DNA of 64,000 nt from a virus: the IMG/VR virus record IMGVR_UViG_3300034105_002232. One strand, written 5' to 3'. A model generated the notes under the pieces. That model was given only the letters and a program-made list of their open reading frames with translations, was not told the origin of the DNA and made no database searches. Shown here one piece after another: positions 19,943-29,302 of the stretch. The stretch's first letter is position 1. The number at the start of each line of letters is the position of its first letter. The translations under genes were made by a program, and so were the position numbers.

Positions 19943-20495
19943 TATCTACCAATTGCTGTAGTTGGTCTAATAGAACATCAATATTTATATCATCATATTT
20001 GTAAACATAGTTATTAATAAAAGGAAGACCACTTTGTTTATCTTTGGACGTAGTTACTATATCCGCTTCTCGTAAATTCTGCACCCAATCGTAAAATGGT
20101 TCAGAGTATGTAATTTTAATAACTCCATTAACACCCATAAATCCATGGGTTAATTCATGTGGACTACCATCATACTTCTGTAAAGCTAATTTTCTAATTA
20201 AAAAATTTAGATTGCATTTATTAATACCCACACCAGTTATTTTTATATATTGATCTCTAAGAATGGTACCGCGATCATCAATTAATGTGTCCCATATTTT
20301 TGGACCAAATCTTTTGTTAGTGTAATGTAATTCAATTTGATTATGATCCAACGAGTCAAAGCTTAAATTAATAATTTGAGAATCTTGAACAAATTCTTCA
20401 AATAATTTTTTTTTGTTTATTATTATTTGTAATAAAGGCCATTGATGATCATAGGCACATCTGGCTTCAATGGCCAATATCAAATTAGATTGCAT
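19899..20495 (-). CDS. hypothetical protein (AT-rich; distant similarity to 1522..1986)
   Basis: P.LQI.IN...NK...T..DD.G.I..D...I pattern shared with 1522..1986. Confidence 0.6.
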   Translation of the reverse strand: MQSNLILAIEARCAYDHQWPLLQIIINKKKLFEEFVQDSQIINLSFDSLDHNQIELHYTNKRFGPKIWDTLIDDRGTILRDQYIKITGVGINKCNLNFLIRKLALQKYDGSPHELTHGFMGVNGVIKITYSEPFYDWVQNLREADIVTTSKDKQSGLPFINNYVYKYDDINIDVLLDQLQQLVDNAKNKDASNKHTLP

Positions 20496-21418
20496 TACAC
20501 AATTTGACTAAGTTCTACTAAGGTTGCTGATAGGTTGATTTCAGGGTCAGCAACCAATGGTGCAGTTGCTAGTCCTTTACGAATAATTTTAATTGCTTCG
20601 TCTTGTTGCTCTGGAGTTTTACCCCATAGTTCCAGATTATGATACATCCAGGTAAACACTTCTTCCATCTCCTCGGGAGAAGTATGTGTGCATAACATGG
20701 TACGTGCTTCACGCACTTTACCTGTTTTGAACAAATCTACCACGGCCAATTTATGATCGGCTGTACCAGCATCGCCGCTGCTTTTTGACACAGTCAACGT
20801 ACCACTCACACTATTTCCTTGCAGTAGCTTTAAACAACTACGTAAATCAGGATACGTGGCACGAACATAACTGTCAATGGTATCTAAGTCAAACTCAACA
20901 CTTTCGTGCACCAGCACTGTGGCCGCTCTTGCAGTAAATTCATTCATATCAGTTTTGTCAATCACAAATTGCTGACAACGACTTTTCAACGGCGTAATAA
21001 TTTTATGTGCAAGATTACATGTCAAAATAAATCTGGCTTGAGCAGCATAAGTTTCCATTAATCCGCGCAACAAGGCCTGTGCATTATGCGACAAATAATC
21101 TGCTTCATCCAACAACACAATCTTTAACTCACCAAATGGCATAGTACTAACAAAGCCTTCGATTTGTTTTTTTAAGAAATCGACTCCGTTGTCTCTTGAT
21201 GCATTGACCTGTAAGAAATCATATGGATCAATGTCTAGACTGTTTACTAGAATTTTTGCTAGAGTGGTTTTACCTGTGCCAGCTGGCCCAACAAACAACA
21301 GATGCGGAATACTCTTTTCCTTGATAAAATACTCAATCTGTTCCCGTTGTCCGGGATCAGTGAATACATACCCATCTATTGTTTTAGGGCGATACTTTTC
21401 AGTCCAAAGTTCTTTCAT
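20495..21418 (-). CDS. clamp loader AAA+ subunit (RFC small subunit / T4 gp44-like)
   Basis: WTEKYRP, GPAGTGKT, NAS, LDEAD, SRC motifs. Confidence 0.92.
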   Translation of the reverse strand: MKELWTEKYRPKTIDGYVFTDPGQREQIEYFIKEKSIPHLLFVGPAGTGKTTLAKILVNSLDIDPYDFLQVNASRDNGVDFLKKQIEGFVSTMPFGELKIVLLDEADYLSHNAQALLRGLMETYAAQARFILTCNLAHKIITPLKSRCQQFVIDKTDMNEFTARAATVLVHESVEFDLDTIDSYVRATYPDLRSCLKLLQGNSVSGTLTVSKSSGDAGTADHKLAVVDLFKTGKVREARTMLCTHTSPEEMEEVFTWMYHNLELWGKTPEQQDEAIKIIRKGLATAPLVADPEINLSATLVELSQIV

Positions 21419-22203
21419 AGATTATCTCGATGTACGCAGACTAAATCCTCGCTACGAATGCTAGGGTCTGCAGGTTCCATTGTTTCTGGGTCAAATGCTT
21501 GGTATCCGGCTTCGTCAATCACTTGAAATAATTCTGCAGTATCTGCAGCACTATATGCACCAAACCATTCCGTAAACAACACTGGTTTATATTTTTGCAA
21601 AAATGCTCGGCTGTTACGTATAATTTCAATATCGTGCCCTTCTGTATCTGTTTTCACAAACCCAATATTGGCAATTTCTTCTGCTGTCAGATACTTGTTG
21701 CACATTGATTCCAAGGTCATTCCTGACACAGTAATACTTTCACCGCTCATTCCTGCCACACGTTGGGTTGTTTCAGCATCCCAAGTTTCACCAACAAGAC
21801 CGCCGTTGCACATGGCATTCTGATGATCTTTGAATGTGAGTCCTTCAGCGTTCTGATTTGTCACTGCTTCAGTGGCAATTACAAAATTTCCTAGATGACT
21901 GTTAACCGCACAGTTAAACTGCAAGTAAGGTAGTATAACAGGATTAGGCTCAACTGTCAACACAGTAGCACGACACTGTGACATCATTGGGATGGCAGTA
22001 TCGCCACTGTGCCCTCCAATGTCAATCACAGTCATACCGGGTTTGATCCAGGTTGACCAATGATTTTTTACCATATAATAGTCAAATATTGTTTGAAAGT
22101 CTGGTACACGTTCTCTTGGATGATCCATTTCAAACCAAAAACAACTCTCGCCGTCGGCAAGGTCTAATTTGTATCCTGTGCGTAATTTAACTGATGTTTG
22201 CAT
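21415..22203 (-). CDS. FkbM-family methyltransferase
   Basis: IDIGGHSG, VEPNP, KTDTEGHD. Confidence 0.85.
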   Translation of the reverse strand: MQTSVKLRTGYKLDLADGESCFWFEMDHPRERVPDFQTIFDYYMVKNHWSTWIKPGMTVIDIGGHSGDTAIPMMSQCRATVLTVEPNPVILPYLQFNCAVNSHLGNFVIATEAVTNQNAEGLTFKDHQNAMCNGGLVGETWDAETTQRVAGMSGESITVSGMTLESMCNKYLTAEEIANIGFVKTDTEGHDIEIIRNSRAFLQKYKPVLFTEWFGAYSAADTAELFQVIDEAGYQAFDPETMEPADPSIRSEDLVCVHRDNL

Positions 22204-22466
22204 TATACTATCTCCTCAATGATTCCTAGAACTTCTGCTACCACAATACACACACCAGCTAACCAAAAGTTACCGGTCATTAGCACACCGCCGGCAAATA
22301 TTCTAATTGCACTTTTGGCTAGGCTGACACGAAAATGTCCCAGACTGGGATCTTTGGGTTGAACAGCCAACAGTGGCGGATGGTGCGGGCATCTGCCCTG
22401 GTTAAAATCGCATGTTGGACTGTAAGGTTTACGACAAATAGCGCATTTGGATGATTTGGTGCTCAC
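22203..22466 (-). CDS. hypothetical membrane protein with Cys-rich N-terminus
   Basis: CAIC..C..CPHH followed by hydrophobic helices. Confidence 0.6.
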   Translation of the reverse strand: MSTKSSKCAICRKPYSPTCDFNQGRCPHHPPLLAVQPKDPSLGHFRVSLAKSAIRIFAGGVLMTGNFWLAGVCIVVAEVLGIIEEIV

Positions 22467-22873
22467 AATGATTTACGCTCCGCTGGCACAGCGGTTGAGA
22501 TTGTTTCATCAGTGTCAGGTTGTTCGTCGCTGACAAATATAATTGCCGTTGGATCTGCTCTGCGTATTACAAATTCTTCATGGTCTTTTTCAATTTTAAG
22601 ACCACGGCTCCAGCGCCCATGTTCTACCAGAATCCACTGCCCAACTTTGACATCATGTTGGGTAGGACCAACAGCGTACACTTGACCCCAACGTGGACGA
22701 ATACCATCGGTCTTTCCGTCGTCTCCGAGTAAAATAACTCCACTGCTTAATTTGCGTCCGGTAAAGTCCATGTCTTTTACAATGACTGAATCTCTTAACG
22801 GTGTAATTTTACCATCTATTTCAATGGTATGTTGATATCCACGTTTTTGATCAAACGGATTTGTGACTGCCAT
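22463..22873 (-). CDS. GroES-like co-chaperonin
   Basis: PLRDSVIV, SSGVIL, VYAVGP, VKVGQ. Confidence 0.85.
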   Translation of the reverse strand: MAVTNPFDQKRGYQHTIEIDGKITPLRDSVIVKDMDFTGRKLSSGVILLGDDGKTDGIRPRWGQVYAVGPTQHDVKVGQWILVEHGRWSRGLKIEKDHEEFVIRRADPTAIIFVSDEQPDTDETISTAVPAERKSL

Positions 22874-22885
22874 TTTTTCCTCTTT

Positions 22886-23296
22886 TTAAATTCGTTGTGG
22901 TCCAGGTTCTACAGGTTGTTCTTGTTCGGCTGGTTTGTTTTTTGCTACCGAGTCTGCTAGGCTGCCTCTCAACGGTCTTTTTTGTGTATCAGTTGGGGGT
23001 GCAGGATCAGTGTTCTCGTCAACGTCTGCTGCAACTTCGACCCAGTCATCGGTAAGATCCTTCTTGGGTACTCGCTTGTGCGATTCTGGCACATAGTCTG
23101 TTGCTACTGGAGTGTTTAATTTGTAATAATCTGCCATGGCCTTGTGCTTGGGCACTTCAACTGTGCCGCCAGGTCCCAATTGATCGCCTTTGGCGTTCAC
23201 TTTCATGTTTCCCACTGCAATTGTGCTTTCGTTTTGAGCAATAATTGCGTCAATATTTACACGTTTTCCATTTGCTGTAGTATATACTCTTTTCAT
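22886..23296 (-). CDS. hypothetical phage protein
   Basis: ORF with AGGAG RBS and TAAATA. Confidence 0.7.
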   Translation of the reverse strand: MKRVYTTANGKRVNIDAIIAQNESTIAVGNMKVNAKGDQLGPGGTVEVPKHKAMADYYKLNTPVATDYVPESHKRVPKKDLTDDWVEVAADVDENTDPAPPTDTQKRPLRGSLADSVAKNKPAEQEQPVEPGPQRI

Positions 23297-23320
23297 AGTG
23301 TTTCTCCTTGTTAGCGGTAT

Positions 23321-23839
23321 TTACCGTAAAAACTCACTGACATCTAAATCATAATACATGCTGTTAATTCGATGAACACCTATTAGGTACAGCACATAAC
23401 TTGCCACGCTTGATCCACGGCCTACACCCCAGACAATATTATTGGTACGCCAGGTATCCACTACGTATTTTAATTGTCGTAGTAAGTCAAATAAATTTCT
23501 TTCTTGGTACAATAGTAGTTCTTGGCCCACACGTTGTAATTCTTCTTGTGTTTTACATTGACCCAACACCCACTGTGCAATATCTAAACTCAAATATTCT
23601 TCGGGCATGTGCCACAAACTTTGTTGAGTTTGATGAAACACATCAACATCGTAATCGGGTGGACAAGGGTGATATTCTCCAACCAATGGAAGATCAGCAT
23701 AGGTACTCTTAACTGCACTGTTGTACTGATCCCAATCTTGTACTAGAAATTTACTAACATCAACTTCTGGCCGTTGGTACAATATCTCGCATAGTGTGTT
23801 GCTGGTAGCGTAGGCCTGACCAAATTGATCATAATTCAT
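23321..23839 (-). CDS. stand-alone DNA polymerase III alpha (DnaE) fragment
   Basis: RVGQEL...WGVGRGSSVASYVLYLIGVH..Y.L..FL; ends before the catalytic DID motif. Confidence 0.82.
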   Translation of the reverse strand: MNYDQFGQAYATSNTLCEILYQRPEVDVSKFLVQDWDQYNSAVKSTYADLPLVGEYHPCPPDYDVDVFHQTQQSLWHMPEEYLSLDIAQWVLGQCKTQEELQRVGQELLLYQERNLFDLLRQLKYVVDTWRTNNIVWGVGRGSSVASYVLYLIGVHRINSMYYDLDVSEFLR

Positions 23840-24072
23840 TTGATATCAATGATGCCTTTGAATTTGTCGCCCTTGGCCTCCATTTCCTCTAGCGTTTTAC
23901 GATTACGATTGTCCATCTCGTAACGATAATTTTCCAGAATCATTTGCATTTGTGGAATAATACTAGTAGGACCTGATCTATAAGCCTGATTCATTTTGGA
24001 CATAAGGTCGTTGTATTTTTTATGAAGATCTTCGTTAGAAAGCCCAGACAAGTCAGTAACAAGTGGGTGCAT
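23836..24072 (-). CDS. hypothetical protein
   Basis: ORF coupled to its neighbours. Confidence 0.65.
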   Translation of the reverse strand: MHPLVTDLSGLSNEDLHKKYNDLMSKMNQAYRSGPTSIIPQMQMILENYRYEMDNRNRKTLEEMEAKGDKFKGIIDIK

Positions 24073-24506
24073 CAGATATCTCCTTGTTGTCTATTTTCCG
24101 ATGAATGTACGTTAAACGTGCCGCCGGGATAACGGCTCATGAGTTTGTTTACATTTTCTTCAATTACCGCGTTGGGATCTAGGTTCAAGGCACGACATGC
24201 ATTGACCCAGTACCACATGACGTCACCCAGTTCACGTTTCATATGGAACAAGCTTTCTTCCGTAAGTGGCTTACCTTGGAACAACATTTTCTTTGGAATT
24301 TCACAGAACTCGCCGGTCTCTGCTGCCAGTCCCAGCGCCGCAGTGATCAACAGTGGCACATTAACGTCTGGGCCGTGTGTGTCAGTCTCAAAATTAAAAT
24401 TTCCATCCAGCTGATCTAGACGATCCATGAATGTGGTTAGGTCTTTGCTGGGTTCACTGGTAACTGCACCAACAAACTCGCTGTAACGATTTAAATTTAC
24501 GGTCAT
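24072..24506 (-). CDS. MazG-like NTP pyrophosphohydrolase
   Basis: GLAAETGE, ELGDVMWY, NVNKL..RY. Confidence 0.88.
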   Translation of the reverse strand: MTVNLNRYSEFVGAVTSEPSKDLTTFMDRLDQLDGNFNFETDTHGPDVNVPLLITAALGLAAETGEFCEIPKKMLFQGKPLTEESLFHMKRELGDVMWYWVNACRALNLDPNAVIEENVNKLMSRYPGGTFNVHSSENRQQGDI

Positions 24507-24556
24507 AAAAAACTCCTAGTTTGCATAATTATACACTATGCCCATCTAGGAGTCAA
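24507..24556 (-). promoter_or_regulatory. overlapping sigma70 promoter, hairpin (terminator-like) and mazG RBS
   Basis: TTGACT-17-TATAAT inside an ACTCCTAG..GCATA/TATGC..CTAGGAGT stem followed by TTTT. Confidence 0.65.
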
Positions 24557-24577
24557 TTATTTTGGATTAGATATTTG

Positions 24578-25762
24578 TTAAACGTTAAACCAACGTCCAA
24601 CGGCGGCACTATACATTAGTTTAATTGAAACAGAACTAGTAATACTAGCTGAATTTGCCCAAGTATTGGCCAATCCATAAACTGAAGTTACACCAGGAGT
24701 CATGTTTGAAACAAAACAACTGGTAATTGCTGTCATTGTTGTAAATTGTAATTCTCTACCATCTTCAACTGAATTAGGTAGTGTAATAAACAAGTTGGCT
24801 ACAGTTCCAGTAGGACTTGCGTTAGCAATAAATCTGTTGTAATCTACGTTTGCACGAAGATTCTGCCCAGTAACTACGTTGGCCAAGAAATAATCTGGGT
24901 TAATAATTCCGCCATTGGTAATTAAATTACCATTAACAAAAATGTTACCGGCCACACCAACACCGCCCGCAACTACCAGTGCACCAGTAGTAGTACTGGT
25001 TGAGCCTACATTTGAGCGTACTACAACGTTGCTACCAGTAGTGTCGTTGATGGCCGAACCCAATGATACATTGCTTGCAATGGTTGAATTGTAAGTTGAA
25101 ACAGTTAATCCATCTAATGTTAAATTACCAGTGATACTCATGCCTGACAGATCAATGTCTCTGTTTCTAATTAGATCCTTGATACCAATTGTGGTGCCAC
25201 CATCAACTGTGAAGAATTCAAAAAGATAGTCTGTGTTGTTGGCGATTTCTGCACTGCTAAAGGTTATAATTGGTGGACTGGTACCTGCCAACCCAGCAAT
25301 TGAATCTGGATCGCCTAAAGTACATGCAGTTGGTAACGTCAATGTATAACTGGCGTTTGTGTTGTTGACCCACAGCTTGATGCTTGCATACTGATTGCTG
25401 GTATTGGTAGGAAAGCTAAATGCAAGAGTGGTTGATCCGCTCATGGTAATTTTTTGGAAATTGCCATTTGTAAAATTAACTGTAACACTGCCACTCGCAC
25501 TACCTATGTTGTTGTAGTTTTGTCTCCAGGCAGATAAGCTTGGGTTACTAATGGTGTTTCCGGAGAAATCATTGTCTAATACTGTATTGGTCAATGCACT
25601 CTTCAAGACTGCTTTGTTCTGCAGATCCTCAACTTCGGCTTTGACATATACTAAATTGTTTCGAATATTGGTAAAATTGTCACGAAAACCTTGACTGTCA
25701 TTGTCTTGGCCTGCAACAGGATATGTACCATCAATATTATTTGGATTTACTTGGCTTGTCAT
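24578..25762 (-). CDS. virion structural protein (baseplate/tail-fibre-like)
   Basis: YPVAGQDNDSQGFRDNF N-terminus; STSTTTGALVVAGGVGV fibre repeat. Confidence 0.7.
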   Translation of the reverse strand: MTSQVNPNNIDGTYPVAGQDNDSQGFRDNFTNIRNNLVYVKAEVEDLQNKAVLKSALTNTVLDNDFSGNTISNPSLSAWRQNYNNIGSASGSVTVNFTNGNFQKITMSGSTTLAFSFPTNTSNQYASIKLWVNNTNASYTLTLPTACTLGDPDSIAGLAGTSPPIITFSSAEIANNTDYLFEFFTVDGGTTIGIKDLIRNRDIDLSGMSITGNLTLDGLTVSTYNSTIASNVSLGSAINDTTGSNVVVRSNVGSTSTTTGALVVAGGVGVAGNIFVNGNLITNGGIINPDYFLANVVTGQNLRANVDYNRFIANASPTGTVANLFITLPNSVEDGRELQFTTMTAITSCFVSNMTPGVTSVYGLANTWANSASITSSVSIKLMYSAAVGRWFNV

Positions 25763-28700
25763 TTATACGAATACTCCATTTTGTGGGAACTTGATATATT
25801 TATCCTTACTTTCGGGTTTGATATATTTGTCTCTATTGGTACTAAACGCTGTTCCACCGCGTATACCACGACGACCTGCTTGAATGTCTTTTTCACGTAC
25901 ACAGCAACTACCACCGTCAAATGTGGTTTCTGCTGTTCTAATTGTGGTAGCAGTTGGTATAAAGTACGGAACTGAACCAAAATCTCCAGTGGTATAGCTC
26001 AATATACTGGCCGGATAACTCTTACCTGTTCTAATAGACACTGACTGATTAAACAACACTTCGGACACAAATACCAGTTGAAGTTCGCTGTTGTCGCCTT
26101 GATCAAATCGACTGTAATATAGATCCGGACTTTCACTGTCAAACCCAACGTTGTCGTCGTCAAATCCCAAGACTGGCAGTGCTCTAAACACCATTCTCCA
26201 TAATCCGCTTCTAAGGTTAACAGTTGATGTCTGACTAATTTTATCTAAATAGCCTGGAATTACAGTGCCGTCACTGTAGACCCATCCATCGTAATCTTCA
26301 CCCGCAAATCCAAATTGTGTTTTAAAAATAATTACTTCGTTGTTTAGGAAACTGTATACTCCGTCAATCCATAAATTATCTCTTACCACAGTCAACAAAG
26401 AACCATCAATGGTGTTAAAGGATTGACTCACTGCATAGTCTGCCTTGGCTTCGCCAATGATTCTAATTTCTGCATTGATGTCAGAATTGACATCGTTTGA
26501 CAAATAAAGTTGATCGTTGACAACATTAGTTACCACGGTATTGGCTGGTATTTCGCTGGCAGCGTCTCTACTTTCAACCACCCACCCAAGACCAACTACA
26601 ACACTGTCGGGTATACTGATCACGTTAGAATTAGTAACAGCTTGGGTCACAGTTGTTATTACAATATCTCCACTGGATTCATTGGTATACTTGTCAAAGG
26701 TAGTGTCTCTACTTGGCTCAAATTGTCCTGTTGTGGGATCATAAAAGGTTGAAAGATAATTGTCCCATTGATATCTGTCGGCTATAAAAGTAAAATTGCC
26801 TGAGTTTTCTTCTAGACTTTTTTGCAATCTATATTTGATCAGTTTAGAAGAGCCAACTTTGACATAGGCCAAAATAATAGCTCGGGTCAATCCCAACACT
26901 AGCCCGTTTTCTTGAACACTGGTCATCCACTTGGGCAATGCGCCACGATTGGTGTACCCAACAGTGTTTTCGAATCTGGTCTGCATGTTGTTAAAACTGT
27001 TGGGATAGATTGTTTTGTATTCAGTACCATTAAAATAAAATCCATACTGAACATCCAGTGCTGTTGATATTTCTGGGCCAATGGTATTGTATGCTTGATT
27101 GTCCTGGGCATCTACATAGACCACTTCGTATACTGGTACACCTTGAGGATCTTTGGCCACGGCCGTTTTTAATGTGCCAAAATTAATAACTTTATTGTAA
27201 TGATTGTACTGTATCGCGTCTACAAAAGTGGCAGCTGCCGATGGACTTAGGCCTGGCAGGAATAAGAATTTAAATGACTTTGCAACACCAAAGTTTGGAT
27301 CATCAGGTCTATAGATCAAGTTTGGTGGGAACACAGACACATCTGTGGTAATGGCCTTTAACAAGTTACGTTGTTCTATAGATGGCAGTGATTTCAAGTA
27401 AACATTTTCGTAAGGGGCCAAATTGTATGGTACGACCTTGACAGTAAAAGTTTTTTTACTAGATATAGATTTGTCAATGGCTTCGGCCTTGACAGTAAAC
27501 GAACTCAGTTGGTCAAATGTGGTTGCTCCGCCATCAACTGCAGTTGAAATAGAATTGGATGTGGTACTAACAACCTTGGTTACGGTGATATTGGTAAATG
27601 TTAACAGTGTGCCTTGGCTGACATAAATGGCTGGACGAACTTCAATGGTGTTGCTGTCTACAATGGCAGATATTTTACAACCGGATGTTACCCCAGGCCC
27701 TTGCACCAACATTCCTACTTCTAAGTCTGTGGTTGACACAATGTTTAATTTTGCCGAGGTTCCATCCAGGGAAAAATATCTAAATGTGGTTCTTCCGGTG
27801 AATCTGCCAGATCTTAAAAATTTTAAACCTTGTGGCGTTTTACGATAGTTTTCAAATACTATGGTATAATCTAGCTCTTTGCCCAGGGTGTTATAAGCAT
27901 CAACATAAAGTTCGCTGATTGCTCCGTTATCCATTTCTCCTAGATCTGCAGGCGAAGTCCAGATGATCTCTTCGTTTAATGTTCGTTTGACTGTGATGCT
28001 AAACGTAATTTCATCGCTGGCCAGACCTGGTTGCAGTGTGCGATATGCACGAATTTTAAATTCGTAAGTATTGGTCTCGGCAGTAAACGTTGGATCTTGC
28101 TGCGGTGTAGGCAACGTTCCTATTGCCCAGCCAGTGTCTGAGTTGATAGACAGGCCTATAGGCAAGCCAAATGCACCTTGATCAAACAACAAGGTATCAA
28201 AGCCATAATTTACTTCAATAAACGTTACTTCTATATTGTTTGTTGCACCAGGAACTGCAGACACAAAGGTCAATTGGTCGCCTGTCACAGTATAACCTGT
28301 TGTGGCAGTCAATAGTACGGTGTCAAGCCGGACAGTAATTCTTCCAGCATTTAAAGGAGTTTGATTCAGAGTGTAAGGACCAGCTGTACCGTTGCCGACA
28401 AATTCTTGAACCTGGAGGTCTTCATTGAGATCAAGGTCGTCCATGCCACTAAAGGCCAATTCGTCAATGGACCAAGAAATGTCTGCATCTTCGGGGTCAA
28501 ATGCTAAAAATCTATAAGCAAAGGTGGAGCCTGATACCAATGTTGGTAAACTGTCCGGAGCATTGAGTATGATAGGCCGATATTTGTCATCTGCGTCAAT
28601 TGATATAAATGTATTGTTAATAAAAGTGAGATCATTGTCTGACGTGAAACTGCTCTTGCTCACAACCAGGATTCTAACATTCAGTGTGTCAAATTTAATA

Positions 28701-29302
28701 CCATCGCTGACCTGCAATGTAAAATTGTAGTACCTGTCACGACTTTTAATCAATGGATCGTAGATCTCGTAATCAACTGGAACAGCATCAAAACCCAGTA
28801 GATCAGGATTGGCAGCAATAATGTCAACAAATCCAGACAGTCTACCTGCTGTGGACAAGCTGGTACCCGGCGGTAATTGCCCGTCTACGATTTTCCATTC
28901 TATTGTGCCTGTAGAGCTTTCGTTGGCCGCTTCAAATTGGTAATCTAGATAAGTACCGTCAAACCATGCACCTACTAGGGTGTTATCTAATAATATCTGT
29001 GGACCAGTTACATTGCTGACAGTGACAGCAAAAGATCTGTCTGCCACTACTCCGTCGGGATTGGTGGCTCGTACCACAAAGGCAGATATTTCATTTTTTT
29101 GATATTGATCTGTGATTGACGGAGTACCTTGCAGCCTTCCGTCCCTGGTCAGATACATGCCGCCAGGCAATTGACCACTCAAGAAACTGTAGAATAGTTC
29201 TTGCTCGGCACTGTCAACAGCCACAAGCTGGTAAGAGTAATATTGTAACTCCGGGATCACTCCCACTGTTCCGGACTTAGTTGACCAAGATACCACGCTC
29301 AT
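25763..29302 (-). CDS. large baseplate wedge-like protein with putative Ig-like domains
   Basis: Repeated GQLPxG..L...G.L.G.P Ig-like motifs, TTFDG repeats, structural gene context. Confidence 0.7.
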   Translation of the reverse strand: MSVVSWSTKSGTVGVIPELQYYSYQLVAVDSAEQELFYSFLSGQLPGGMYLTRDGRLQGTPSITDQYQKNEISAFVVRATNPDGVVADRSFAVTVSNVTGPQILLDNTLVGAWFDGTYLDYQFEAANESSTGTIEWKIVDGQLPPGTSLSTAGRLSGFVDIIAANPDLLGFDAVPVDYEIYDPLIKSRDRYYNFTLQVSDGIKFDTLNVRILVVSKSSFTSDNDLTFINNTFISIDADDKYRPIILNAPDSLPTLVSGSTFAYRFLAFDPEDADISWSIDELAFSGMDDLDLNEDLQVQEFVGNGTAGPYTLNQTPLNAGRITVRLDTVLLTATTGYTVTGDQLTFVSAVPGATNNIEVTFIEVNYGFDTLLFDQGAFGLPIGLSINSDTGWAIGTLPTPQQDPTFTAETNTYEFKIRAYRTLQPGLASDEITFSITVKRTLNEEIIWTSPADLGEMDNGAISELYVDAYNTLGKELDYTIVFENYRKTPQGLKFLRSGRFTGRTTFRYFSLDGTSAKLNIVSTTDLEVGMLVQGPGVTSGCKISAIVDSNTIEVRPAIYVSQGTLLTFTNITVTKVVSTTSNSISTAVDGGATTFDQLSSFTVKAEAIDKSISSKKTFTVKVVPYNLAPYENVYLKSLPSIEQRNLLKAITTDVSVFPPNLIYRPDDPNFGVAKSFKFLFLPGLSPSAAATFVDAIQYNHYNKVINFGTLKTAVAKDPQGVPVYEVVYVDAQDNQAYNTIGPEISTALDVQYGFYFNGTEYKTIYPNSFNNMQTRFENTVGYTNRGALPKWMTSVQENGLVLGLTRAIILAYVKVGSSKLIKYRLQKSLEENSGNFTFIADRYQWDNYLSTFYDPTTGQFEPSRDTTFDKYTNESSGDIVITTVTQAVTNSNVISIPDSVVVGLGWVVESRDAASEIPANTVVTNVVNDQLYLSNDVNSDINAEIRIIGEAKADYAVSQSFNTIDGSLLTVVRDNLWIDGVYSFLNNEVIIFKTQFGFAGEDYDGWVYSDGTVIPGYLDKISQTSTVNLRSGLWRMVFRALPVLGFDDDNVGFDSESPDLYYSRFDQGDNSELQLVFVSEVLFNQSVSIRTGKSYPASILSYTTGDFGSVPYFIPTATTIRTAETTFDGGSCCVREKDIQAGRRGIRGGTAFSTNRDKYIKPESKDKYIKFPQNGVFV

